Origin: Malacoraja senta
Taxonomy: Eukaryota
DNA: 64,000 nt
Direction: 5' to 3'
Assembly: GCA_038087875.1 (NCBI GenBank)
Contig: CM075988.1
Location: 15,068,001 to 15,132,000 of the forward strand
The notes under the pieces were generated by a model. The model was not told the origin of the DNA and did not search any database. It saw nothing but the letters and a program-made list of their open reading frames with translations. This document shows positions 1-12,159 of the stretch, one piece after another. A program made the position numbers and the translations under genes. The stretch's first letter is position 1. Each line of letters begins with the position of its first letter.

Positions 1-870
1 CTCGGTAATCATAAAGGGTATATTTGTTTACAATCCTTTCAGTATTTTCATAAGAGCCAATGTCAGACTGATAAACCTGTGGCTTCCTGGCTTAGGATTG
101 GTTTCCTTTTGGAACAGCCAGGTGCCAGTTTAAGGAAGCATTCTGCTATCCATCTCTATTGAAGTTGTGGGCATAGGTCTCAGCAAATCTATGTCCCATA
201 TCTTTAATCAACTTTGGAAGGATATGTGGACCCAGAGTCACATCAAGTATAAACTGCTTATTTTGTCTAAATTACATTACTTTTCTCTTTATTAATTTCA
301 ATAATAATAATAATACAGCCAACCCAATCTGAAATACTAAGTATCATCTACCAGAGTATTGTCAGGCCAGATAAGTATTTCATAACTCTGTCATAACTTA
401 TCTGTCTTTTTTTGTCAATGTCTTCTTTCCACTCTGCTTTGACTTGCTTGGTTTGTTCCTTTGGTAGTCCCAAAGGCTGTGCTGACAGGTATGGTTAGGA
501 TGCTTCTATCATCTGTACCTGAATCTATCTCTTCCAGTGCAAGAGCTGCAGACTTGTTCTCAAAGCCTAAGATACAATCCATAGTTCAGAAGGAAGTGAA
601 GTCAATTGGAAAATAAGATTTGCCCATCGTCTAATTGGATTTTTCACCAGGTATTTTGAATTCTCCACTTCTTTTACTTTGCAAGTTGTCTGCGTAACAG
701 ACTCGGGGCTCGAAATAATTAGAGCAGATGAAGGAACAATAATGTCTAATGTTGATTTTTTTGTTTTGTTTGCAAACTTAAATATATTCTAATTTTATAC
801 CGGAAATGCTCTTCTCCAGAAACTGGTTTGGATCTACGATATATTAAAGTATAAGAGAAATAAAGCGGAT

Positions 871-2167
871 ATAATAATAATAATAATAATATAATAATAT
901 CTTTTATTGTCAGTGCAACGAGATTTAGTATGCAGCTCCACCGATGTACAAGAAAAGTAAAATAAATAAATAAGCAAGCATGCTGAGTGACGTGACCATC
1001 CGAGGGAGATTGTCCAGGGGGGGTGGGTGGGGGGGGCACTCAGCAGGGCCGGTTCAGAGCCGCTATAGCTCTTGGAATAAAGCTGTTTCTGAGTCTGGAG
1101 GTTCGGGCGTAGAAGGCCTTGTAACGTCTGCCGGAGGGAAGTAGTTCAAGCAGTCCGTTACAAGGGTGTGATGAGTCCTTATGGATGCTGACGGCCTTCC
1201 TGAGGCACCGTGTGTGGTAGATGCCCTCCAAGGCTGGTAGCTCTGTCCCAATGATCCTTTGCGCTCTGTAGACGACGCGCTGAAGAGCTCTCCTCTCCGC
1301 CTCCGTGCAGCTGAGATACCACACAGCATACGTTAATATGCTCTCTGTAGTGCAGCGGTAGAACGTTGTCAGCAGCTGTTGGGGCAGACCAGTCTTTTTT
1401 AATGTCCTCAGGAAGAACAGTCGTTGCTGTGCCTTCTTGACCAGCGCAGCGGTGTTGGTGGACCATGTGAGGTCCTCTGAAATGTGAGTGCCCAGAAACT
1501 TAAAGCTGGACACTCTCTCCACACTTTCCCCGTAAATGGAGATTGGGGCGTATTCTCCATTATGGGACCTCCTGAAGTCAATAATCAGCTCCTTGGTCTT
1601 GGAGGTGTTTAGTGACAAGTTGTTATGAGCGCACCAGTTCGCCAGGTTCTGCACCTCCGCTCTGTATTTTGTTTCATCACCGTTGGTGATCAGCCCAATC
1701 ACTGTTGTGTCGTCTGCAAACTTCACGATGGTGTTGGTGTCGAATGCAGGGACACAGTCGTGAGTGAAGAGGGAGTAGAGCATGGGGCTTAGTACACAGC
1801 CCTGTGGTGTGCCGGTGCTCAGGGTGATAGTGGAGGACAGGTGCGGGCCCAGTCTCACTGCCTGCGGTCGCTCCGTCAGAAAGTTCAGGATTCAATCGCA
1901 TATCGGCGAGCTGAGGCCCAGCTGGTGGAGTTTGGTGGTGAGCTTGGTGGGGATGACTGTATTGAATGCAGAGCTATAGTCAATGAAGAGCATCCTCACA
2001 TACGTGCCCTGTCTGTCCAGGTGAGTCAGGACAGTGTGAAGAGCCAGAGAGATGGCATCCTCTGTTGATCTATTTGCCCTGTATGCAAATTGATGGGAGT
2101 CCAGTGAGGCAGGGATGCTGGATTTGATATGGGAGAGGACCAGCCTTTCGAAGCACTTCATTGGGAT
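871..2167 (-). mobile_element. Rex1/Babar-type non-LTR retrotransposon, 5'-truncated
   Basis: RT fragments MKCFERLV...[13 protein letters not shown]...[10 protein letters not shown] and GTPQGCVLSP...KFADDT...RLRNSFIPRAI with one frameshift near 1890; (ATT)n-type tail at 871-900. Confidence 0.88.
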
Positions 2168-2227
2168 ATCATACTGAGCACAGAAAACTGCAAAGATATG
2201 GAGCTCACCTGACATTGAATGCAGCTT

Positions 2228-2394
2228 TGCAGGTCAGGCAACATCTCTGGAGAAAAGGAATAGGTGATGTTTCAGGTCGAGACCCTTCTATTCACCTATT
2301 CCTATTCTCCAGAGAGGCTGCCTGACCTGCTGAGTTACTCGAGCTTTTTTGTGTCTATCTTCAGTGTAAACCAACATCAGTAGTTCCTTCCTAC
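2228..2394. mobile_element. Penelope pLTR-derived inverted-repeat mini-element
   Basis: Fold-back of the pLTR motif; 16-bp TSD acattgaatgcagctt at 2212-2227 and 2395-2410. Confidence 0.75.
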
Positions 2395-3879
2395 ACATTG
2401 AATGCAGCTTGCTCCATTCTTGGTTCTCAGAGCAATTGCATTGCATTCTTTTGGACAAAAGCTGTAAGTTGTTGAGGAGAGCTGGATTCAATAATGATTA
2501 GATAAAGAGAAAAAAGCTTGAATTGAGAGAAAACAAAGGGAATTCAAGGCTATCACACTTAATCATGGTTATAATTAAATTAAAGGATATTTTTATGACT
2601 GATAGGGTATTGTGCAATGTGCAATTTCACAGGTGCGAATAGATGATAAAATAAGGGATGACAAGACTTTGAGTGAAGTTTAGAAATTAGGTGATGGGTG
2701 TTAATGAAGAAAAAGTGTTTGCTCATCAAACTGTACTAGATGTCAAGTTGCCAGTCAAGAATGCTGTGTATTTATAAACATGATTGTGCCCCTGTGATTG
2801 CAAGAACTATTGGTCTTGGAAGAGATAAACTTGGTTAATAATTTCAAAATCTGTGACAAATGTGCACACTCTCAGGGTTAAGTAGTGTGCTCTGGCAAGG
2901 AAGATTCTAGTAACTATTGAGTTCTTTTGTTGTGCTCTAGTTGCCTTTGGAGACCTGACAATTGTGGTTGTTGGATTCCATTCTGGAGCGGTTCTATAGA
3001 CTCAGCAGTTTTAAGGTTATCATAAATAAAAATACATCAATTTAATCTGTCTCTGGACATTCCAATAGTAGGTTAATATTTTATATTTCCTTTATAAAAA
3101 TAGTTCACTTTGCAATTATCCTTTGTGCTGTAGCTCTTGAGCTAGGAATAAGAAAGAAGCTTTGAATGTGTTTTTTAGTGGTTGGAGCTGGTCAATATTT
3201 CCTCTCCTGTTATAAGCTATTGGGAAGGATTTACCACAAAATACTTTCACCCATTTTGTGCTCTTCTATTTCAATTGTTGCTTTTCATATTTCATGAACA
3301 TAATCCTTAGTTTTAATGTGGAGGCTGGCCAGTATCATTAGAGGATTATAGATTTTACTGATTTTAAGTCACTTTGCCTAAAAGCTAGTTTTGTTTGCCA
3401 TAACATGTATTTTCAATGGTTTGATTCTTTTAAAAGGGGCCACTTGCCCTTCATGAATACTTTACCTGTTCAACAGCAGTCTCAAAAATCAGCACTGCAT
3501 CTGAAATTGTCTTCCAGTAAAATATCTATAATATGATTAATTATCTGCTGCTTTGGAAATTTTATCTGATGTATTAAGTTTCCAATTGCAAAAGCCTGCT
3601 CCTGATTCTTAAGGAACACAGCAGGGGTTATCTGTAAGCCATCCAGAGCTGTATTTCTTTTTTTAACCAGAGCTTTCTCATTCTTTAACCACCTTCTCAC
3701 ACTCCAGTTGTCCTTGATGCAAGGATGCTGCCCAGCGATAGTGTTTCTCCCGATTATACACTGGAGTTACGGTAGCTCCAGTTGTATGTGGATACAAGAA
3801 AGATTTTGATTAGTTGTGATATTTTCAGTCTGGAGTTTGATCAGAATTGTGCATGCCTTTTCAATTGCATATCCATTTG

Positions 3880-4536
3880 AATAAGCGAGTTCGGTATTCC
3901 GAAAAACGCAAGGAATCATGGGATTTGTCAAAGGTCATTCGCGATAAAGAAAAAGCGAACGAATTATTGGCTGCATAAGCTATGTATGAATTATCTTTAT
4001 TCATAATTTCTGAGTAAAAATATATTTAATCTGAACGGGGGTACCAGGTAGCCGGAGAGCGGGGTGTAACAGCGAGAGAGGGGGGGCAGATGCGAGTGGG
4101 AGACGGGAGAGACTGGACCGGCAGAGAGACATTCTCGCTGCTGCGCGCATGCAGACCCGAGCCTCATCAGCAGCCAGGATCGAGCCCGGCGGCGCAAGCG
4201 CATGGAGCCAGCGCCGGCTGCAAGCCCGGGGCCGCCACCACTCTGGGTTGGCACCCCGCCAGTCATCCCCCGCGCCGGATGCAAGCCCAGGTCCACCCCG
4301 GGCCATGCCCCGCCAGCCCAGATCCACCCCGGACACCTCCGGCTGCTCCCGGACAGGGACGGGACACCCAGGAGGGGACAGGGACGGCCCAGCAGCAACT
4401 CAACAGCGACCGACCCAGGCCCGACCACGGACGAAACGCAGGCCTACACACACGCAGCAGCACAGCTGCCGAGAATGTTTATAGCGAGTGACCTATGACC
4501 TGAGCATGCACAGTCGGAATACCAAACTCGCTTATT
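3880..4536. mobile_element. Non-autonomous DNA transposon (MITE) with CpG-rich core
   Basis: 23-bp inverted repeats aataagcgagttcggtattccga / tcggaataccaaactcgcttatt (1 mismatch); 2-bp TSD could be TA or AT. Confidence 0.75.
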
Positions 4537-4884
4537 TCTACTGTTATGGATCCATTGGCATATACTTAAAGATTCCTTTGTCCTCCAGTTTTTCTTTAGG
4601 TTCCTATTAATTGTATATATTTTGTCTAGTTGTATGTCGGCAAATGCATTAACTCATAATTTAGATAAAATTCCATGTGCCACTTAGCTGCTCAACCTAC
4701 TGGGCCTTCTTTTGGCTTTGGAAGATAACTTTGCAGCTAAATATGGTGGTTCATTATTGTAATGCGTAGCAAGATATAGTGAAAAGCTTTGCAGGCTATC
4801 CAGGCAAATCATACCATTCACAAATACATCAAGTAGTGCAAGAGAGAGAAAAAAAATGCAGAAAATAGTATTGCAGCTGCAGAG

Positions 4885-5370
4885 AAATGTCTAACTGTTT
4901 CTTATGTTGGGATAGTCCCTGCCTCAACTACCTCCTCCGGCAGCTTGTTCCATGCACCCACCACCCTTTGTGTGGAAAAGTTACCCTTCAGATTCCTATT
5001 AAATCTTTACCCCTTCACCTTAAACCTATGTCCTCTGGTAAACAATTCACCTACTCTTAGCAAGAGACTCTGTGCATCTACCCGATCTATTTCTCTCATG
5101 ATTTTATACACCTCAATAAGATCAGCCCTCATTTTCCTGCTTTCCACGGAATAGAGTCCTAGCCTACTCAACCTCTCCCTACAGTTCAGACCCTCTAGAC
5201 CTGGCAACATCCTTGTAAATCTTCTCTGTACCCTTTCCAGCTTGACACCATATTTTCTATAACATGGTGCCCAGACTGAACACAAATCTCTAAATGTGGC
5301 CTCACCAATGTCTTATGCAACTGCAACATGCCTTCCCAACTTCTATACTCGATACTCTGATTGATGAAGT
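4885..5370 (-). mobile_element. CR1 LINE ORF2 3' fragment
   Basis: WAP...LERVQRRFTRMLPGL...RADLIEVYKIM...TRGH motif. Confidence 0.85.
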
Positions 5371-5469
5371 CTTACCAAAGTTTATGTAAACTACATTAAA
5401 TTCTTTCTCATCGATCCTCTTTAATATCTCTTTAAAAAAAATTCAACATTTCTTGACAAATCTATTAAA

Positions 5470-7045
5470 AGTCAAGAATGTTTTATTGTCATATATCCCA
5501 GTTAGAATAATGAAATTCTTACTTGTTGCAGCACAACAGAATATGTACACATAATATACTGTAAACAATATGATAAACGAGAGAGAAAAAACCCTTCAGC
5601 GTGCGTATATACTTACAAGTACACACACATATATGTGCTATACACACATACTCAAAAAACAAACAATAGTAGTGCAATAATAGTAATAATAGTCTATTGT
5701 AGTTCAGAGCTTATTTGAGGTTGTCGTGTTTAATAGCCTGATGGCTGTAGGGTAGAAGCTGTTCCTGAACCTGGACATTACAGTTTTCAGGCTCCTGTAC
5801 CTTCTTCCCGATGGCAGTGGTGAAATGAGTGTGTGGCCAGGATGGTGTGGGTCTCTGATGATGCTGCTTGCCTTTTTTGAAACAGCGACTCCGATAAATC
5901 CATTCAATGGAGGGGAGGTCAGAGCTGATGATGGACTGGACAGTGTTCACAACTTTTTGCAGTCTTTCCAGCTCCTGGACTTTCAAGTTATCGAACCAAG
6001 CCATGATGCAACCAGTCAATATGCTCTCTACTGTACACCTGTAGATGTTCAAGAGAATCCTCTTTGACATACCAAATCTCCTTAATCTTCTCAGGGAGTA
6101 GAGGCATTGATGTGCTTTATTTATAATTGCATTAGTGTGCTGGGTCCAGGAAAGATCTTCGGGAAATATGCACGCCCAGGAATTTGAAGTTTTTGATTCC
6201 ACCATCGTCCCATTGATATAAACAGGATTGTGGGTCCTCATCCTTCCTCTTCCAAAGTCCACAATCAGTTCATTGGTTTTACTGATATTGAGAGCCAGTG
6301 GTTGTGCTGGCACCATTTGGTCGATCTGTCGATCTCACTTCTATACTCTGACTCATCACCATCTGTAATTCGCCCAACAATGGTGGTGTCGTCGGCGAAC
6401 TTGAAGATGGAGTTCGCACTATGTCCGGCTACACAGTCATGAGCATAGAGTGGGGGGGGGGGGGGGGGGCTGAGCATGTAGCCTTGAGGTGCTCCCTTAT
6501 TGATTGTTAATGAGGAAGAAGTATTTCTGCCAATTCGAACAGACTGTGGTCTGTGGATGAGGAAATCAAGGATCTAATTGCAGAGGGATGCACAGAGACC
6601 CAGTCCCGTGAGCTTGGTAACCGGCTTGGAGGGGATAATGGTATTGAACGCAGAGGTGTAGTCTATAAACAACTGCCTGGTGTAAGTTTTTATTGTCCAA
6701 ATGGTCCAGTGCGGAGTGGAGAGCCAGTGAGATCGCATCCTCCGTTGACCTGTTGTGATGGTTGGCAAACTGTAGTGGGTCGAGGTTCTTGTTGAGTATG
6801 AGTTGATATCCACCATAACCAAACTCTCAAAGCATTTCATCACCACAGACGTTTGTACCACTGGTCGATAATCGTTGAGGCACGTCACCTTACTCTTCTT
6901 GGCCTCCGGTATTATTGATGTCCTCTTAAAGCAGGTTGGAACCTCAGTGGTGAGAGGTTGAAAATGTCTGCAAAAACTCCAGCCAGTTGGTCTGCACAGT
7001 TTTTAAGAACTCGACCGGGTATACCATCAGGTCCAGGCGCTTTCC
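5470..7045 (-). mobile_element. Rex1/Babar-type retrotransposon (second family), degraded
   Basis: [36 protein letters not shown] and SRFRNSFYP fragments in several frames. Confidence 0.85.
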
Positions 7046-7049
7046 GATG

Positions 7050-7195
7050 GTTCCCCCCCCCCTCCGACTACATTCTATCTTTTTCCCACCCCCTCTCTGA
7101 CATCAGTCTGAAGAAGGGTGTTGACCCGAAATGTCACCCATTCCCTCTCTCCACCGATTGCTACCTGAATTATTCCAACATTTTTTTGTCTCTAC
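7050..7195 (+). mobile_element. Penelope pLTR fragment
   Basis: ctgaagaagggtgttgacccgaaatgtcacc motif shared with the 3' end of the GIY-YIG-bearing fragment at 22252. Confidence 0.65.
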
Positions 7196-7783
7196 ATTCT
7201 CAATCTCTTCACCTACTACTCCAGTTCCCATCTGTTAAACCTTTTCCAAGTAGCACAAGCAAAGTTCCCTGCAAGGATGTCTGTGCCCTTTTGGTTTAGG
7301 TGCAATCTTTCCTCCTTGTGCAGGTCCCACGTGCCCTGGAAGAGATCCCAATGATTTGGGCATTGGATTTGGGCATCTGAAGCCCTCCTTCCCTCTATAA
7401 CAGCTCCTTGGCCAAATATTTAACTGTACTCTTTCCTATTTCTTACCTAGCACCTGGTACAGGGAGTAATCCCAAATTGACAATGCTTGATTAATCTATG
7501 TCTTTTTAAATGGTTTATATTTCTCTCAGCATTGATTCCAATAATTTGTCTGCCACTGAACTTTAATTGGGCTTTAATTATTTGGTTATCTCTTCCTTGT
7601 TTGAACAACAGTACATTAAAAAAGCTTCAATCCTTTGTTAACTGTGTTTTGTTTTTTTAAACATCCTGGATATATTACATTTAGGACTGGTGGTTTATTC
7701 ACTTTAAGATAGCAACCTCCTTGATCATTTCACTACATGTTTATCCCATCTAATATTTCAAATATATTGAAGTTTTCTGTACA

Positions 7784-7920
7784 GGAAATAACTGCAGATG
7801 CTGGTTTAAATTGAAGATAGACACAAAATGCTGGAGTAACTCAGCAGAACATATAGAATCTCTGGAGAGAAGGAATGGCTGCCTGTCCCGCTCAGTTATT
7901 CCAGCATTTTGTGTCTAAAG
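7784..7920. mobile_element. Penelope pLTR-derived hairpin mini-element
   Basis: tagacacaaaatgctggagtaactcagc ... gctcagttattccagcattttgtgtcta; 12-bp TSD gttttctgtaca (7772-7783, 7921-7932). Confidence 0.75.
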
Positions 7921-9167
7921 GTTTTCTGTACATCGGCATGCAATTTATAAGGTGACAAATAGGGAACTCAAATATCCGTGTTTGCACATTTTTTTGACAT
8001 GCATTGGATACATTAAATGAGTGTAATTATTAACTGTATTTTCCTTATAGTGTCACAGGCAGGTGCATGCATGGGTTTTGTGATAATTTGTATGCAAAGA
8101 TAGAGTTAACTAAGAATTTGTTAACTTCCGCAAGAATTTGTTAACTTCCTATTTTTAGCTTATGGCTTCAGTAGCTGATAGGAAAATGCCAAATTAAATT
8201 GAGTTGGTTTATGGAATTAAAAAACATCTAGTTGAAGCATTTGTTCAATATTTACTTGATGACCTGCCAGTCCCCATGTCAAATAAATGGAAACACAAAG
8301 CCTTAATTATAAACAGTTGTCAGCCTTGCCCTCACGGGATGCCAGGAATTTTGAAGCCATGGTTATAAAATAGTTTAGAACATCTTGAGAACAAAATCGA
8401 CACTATATAAATGCAAGTTCTTTATCTTGTTTTGCTTTTTGAAATAAATACGACTACCTCTTTATTATACACAAGATAAAGGTTCTACATTTTGACATCA
8501 TTTTTTAACATACATAAATAGTTAATAATCTATTAGCTTGGCTAATAATACACACAATTGTTTCTCCAATGTTGAAGGTCTAGATTTGTGTGGGATTGTA
8601 GGTACTTTCCAATCATTTCCTATGATGCAGATCCTATCATTAATTAGTTGGTATTGCTACATGGGACTTCCATTTCGGGGTCGCAGTAGATCTACCACAT
8701 TTGAGGGAACCTAATTATTTGCAAAGCAATGGTGGTTCTCAAAGCTAATATATTTTATGCTGCAGCATTCCACTCAAATGAAAGATTGTTCCGAATGCAA
8801 ACTTTCTCGTGCTTCAGATTTTACAGCATATTAAATGCATGAAAACATCCTGAAGTGGAAGAGTAACCATGTAAATGCAGTGAAATGCATGATGAAAAAA
8901 ATTAGTTCCAATATTATAAAGACAAATGAGTAGGGTCCACTCTAAACTTGGGTTAGACAATTTTGTATGATCTCAAACAACTTCAATTAATTATATAATT
9001 TATGTCATTATTATGGGTGTTTTGCATGCCTAGATACCGTACAAAATAGGATTAAGCATAACTTGGTCTTATTTTAATACTTTGCCTGCATTCCTCTAAT
9101 CTATTTGTACAGGAATAAGTTTAATTATTTGCCTCTATCTCTGCAGTCTGCTCTTGTCAATTGAAAG

Positions 9168-9300
9168 ATGAGTGACACACGTGGACGCAGTTTTGTTGAG
9201 GTTATTTGTGAGAAGTACAGCCCAGAAAACTTCCCGTGTCGACGAGGAATGGGTATTGGCATTCAAATCGCTTTTAGGCCCCAGGGCTCACCTGTGAAAG
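9168..9300 (+). CDS. TBCEL: TBCEL coding exon 1 (MSDTRGRSFVEVICEKYSPENFPCRRGMGIGIQIAFRPQGSPVK)
   Basis: Acceptor tctctgcag at 9146, ATG 9168, donor AAG|gtgagt at 9300; matches the TBCEL N-terminal CEKYSPENFP motif. Confidence 0.95.
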
Positions 9301-9679
9301 GTGAGTTAGCCTCTATCTGCCACAAAACCTAGTTCTTGCTTGTTTTCTTGCAGAAAATCACCAATTTACCACTTATGTGGTCCTGAAGTAAAATGGATGT
9401 GATGATTGCAGACCCCAAGCAATTCCTTACATGTTTTAATGTTTCCCATGCATTTGAACTGCAAATTCTGTTGATGTGTATTTATGCATCAAGGCTTCAA
9501 CAAACCTCAGAATGAAAGCTTCACTCTTTTATATATTTTTTCTAGCATTTGGGAGAATTATCAATATGAATCTAGAACCAATTTGCAAAGAAATCCATAC
9601 CTTTAGGCGGGTTTTGGTATGGCACTATGGAAAAGGTCCCTTAATGGTCACCGTTACGTTTTTGAATTCTGAAAGAAGG

Positions 9680-9815
9680 TTCTTCAGTCTGAAGAAGAGT
9701 CCCAATTCAAAATGTTGCCTATCCTTGTTCTCCTGCGATGCTGTCTGACCTGCTGAGTTACCCCACCACTTTTTGTCGTTTTTTGTAAACCAGTATCTGC
9801 AATTCCTTGTTTCTA
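9680..9815 (+). mobile_element. Penelope pLTR fragment
   Basis: ctgaagaag...gatgctgtctgacctgctgagttac motif. Confidence 0.6.
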
Positions 9816-10360
9816 CCTTTAACTTTTAGATGTATAAATCCAAAGTATGAAGGTACATTTCTCATTACTTTTAATCGGGATTTCTCCTGGGGCAGGGATG
9901 AGCTGTACAAAAGGGATGGGTTGCATCTTAACTGGAGGGGAACCAACATCCTAGCGGACCAACATCCTAGCTAATGCTACACGGGAGGGTTTAAAATAGA
10001 TTGGCAGGGGGGTGGGATCCCGTACAGGACAGAGGCACATGAGAGGCTAGAAGTTGGTATGGAGGGTGGTGTGTGAAAGGTTATTGGAAAGAATAGGCAG
10101 GTGAAAGGCAGGGAGCGAGGAAGGAGGGTTGGTTTAAACTGCACGTATTTTAATGCAAGGAGCCTGACGGGTTAGATAGAAGAGATTAGGGCATGGATAG
10201 GTACGAGCGACTAGGACATTGTAGCCATGACTGAAACCTGGTTAAGGGAGGGGCAGGACTGGCAGCTCATTGTTCCGGGGTACCGGAGAGACGGGTGGGG
10301 GGGAAAAAAGGAGGGGGGGTTGCATTGTTTTTTTAAGGAGAATGTCACGGCAGTGATCAG

Positions 10361-11352
10361 AGTCAGTCACATCAGTCACATTTATTTATATAGCACATTT
10401 AAAAAACAACTCTCGTTGGCCAAAGTGCTTTACATTTGTTATAAGAATAATATAAACAAACAAACTACATACATATATACATATAGCCCCCGCTCAGAGG
10501 ACGTCAAGAAAGGCTTGGGAGTATAGATAAGTTTTTAGTCTTGACTTAAAGGAGTCGATGGAGGGGGCAGTTCTGATGGGAAGGGGGATGCTGTTCCACA
10601 GTCTAGGAGCTGAAACCGCAAAAGCGCGGTCGCCCCTGAGCTTATGCCTAGACTGCGGGATATTCAGCATCCCCAAGTCGGCCTTTCTGAGGGACCTGGA
10701 GGTCGAGTGGTGGGTGAGAAGACTTTTAATGTAGGTGAGGACAAGCCCATTGAGGGCTTTGTAGACAAAGAGGAGGATCTTGAAATGTATACGGAACCGC
10801 ACAGGGAGCCAGTGGAGAGAGGCCAGGATCGGGGTGATGTGGTCCCTTTTTCGGGGTGCCCGTCAGGAGTCTCGCTGCGGCGTTTTGGACCAGTTGCAGG
10901 CGGGACAGGGACGATTGGCTGATGCCAGTGTAAAGGGAGTTGCAGTAATCTAGGCGGGAGGAGATAAATGTGTGGATGATCTTTTCGAGGTCATCAAAGT
11001 GTAGGAATTGTTTTATTTTAGCTATCGTCCGAAGCTGAAAGAAGCTAGCTTTTACCATGGCATTGACTTGTTTGTCAAATTTCAGTGCTGAGTCAAATAT
11101 CAAGCTAAGGTTTTTGACGTGAGGTTTGAGTAGTTGGGTAAGGCTTCCAAGGCTGCCTGCTATCATTTTGATTGAGTCCGAGGGGCCGAGAAGGATGACC
11201 TCAGACTTAATCTCGTTTAGTTGGAGGAAGTTCTGGGCCATCCAACACTTTATATCCTCGAGGCAGCGTGTAAGATTAAGCAGATTTGATTGGTTTTTGG
11301 GCTTCAGGGGGAGATAGAGTTGTGTATCGTCTGCGTAGCAATGGAAGGAAGC
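10361..11352 (-). mobile_element. L2-clade LINE 3' fragment nested in CR1
   Basis: HCYADDTQLY, SRLDYCNSL, LQLVQNAAARLL, RAFAVSAPRLWNS; CR1 sequence resumes on both sides. Confidence 0.88.
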
Positions 11353-12159
11353 CACCTTAAGAGGTGACATTACAGACGGATCATCTAGTGAGGCTATATA
11401 GGTGGAGCTAAGGAACAAAAAAAGGGATGATCACCTTGTTGGGGGTGTACTACAGACCCCCGAATAGTCAACAGGAATTAGAAGAACAAATATGCCAGGA
11501 GATTGCAGACAGCTGCAGGTCAAATAAGGTTGTTGTAGTAGAGGATTTTAACTTTCCCAATATGGACTGGGAAAATCATAGTGAAGGGTTTAAATGGGGT
11601 GCAATTCCTCAAAAGTGTTCAGGAGAGTTTTCTTAAGCAGTATGTAGAGGCCCCCACATGTGAGAGGGCAATGCTGGATCTAGTATTGGGAAGGGCAAGT
11701 TAATGAAGTGTTTGTGGAGGAGCCTTTTGGGACCAGTGACCACAGTTCGATTAGGTTTAAAATAATTACGGAGAGGGTCCACGTGTTAAAATGCTCAACT
11801 GGGGTAAGGCCAGCTTTGAGGGTATGAGAGAAGGTTTCGCTCAAGTTGACTGGAGCAGGTTATTTGAAGGGAAAGGAACATCGGCCAAGTGGGATGTTTT
11901 TAAAAGTGTGCTGACGAAAGCTCAGGATATGTATGTCCCAGTTAGAGTGAAGTGCAAAGCAGGCAAACGTAAGGAAGTTTGGCTGACGAGGGAAATTGAG
12001 GTGTTGGTCAAAAGCAAGAAGGAATCATGGGACAGGTATAGGCAGCTGGGCTCAAGTGCATCCCTGGAGGCGATTCGGGAGCTAAGGAATAAACTGAAAA
12101 AAGAGATCAGAAGGGCAAAAAGGATCCAGAAGATAGCTCTGGCGGATAGCATTAAGGAC

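Noticed and set aside
3997..4498. Six overlapping ORFs on both strands
   Set aside because: By-product of the GC-rich MITE core (few stop codons); low-complexity translations with no recognisable domain.
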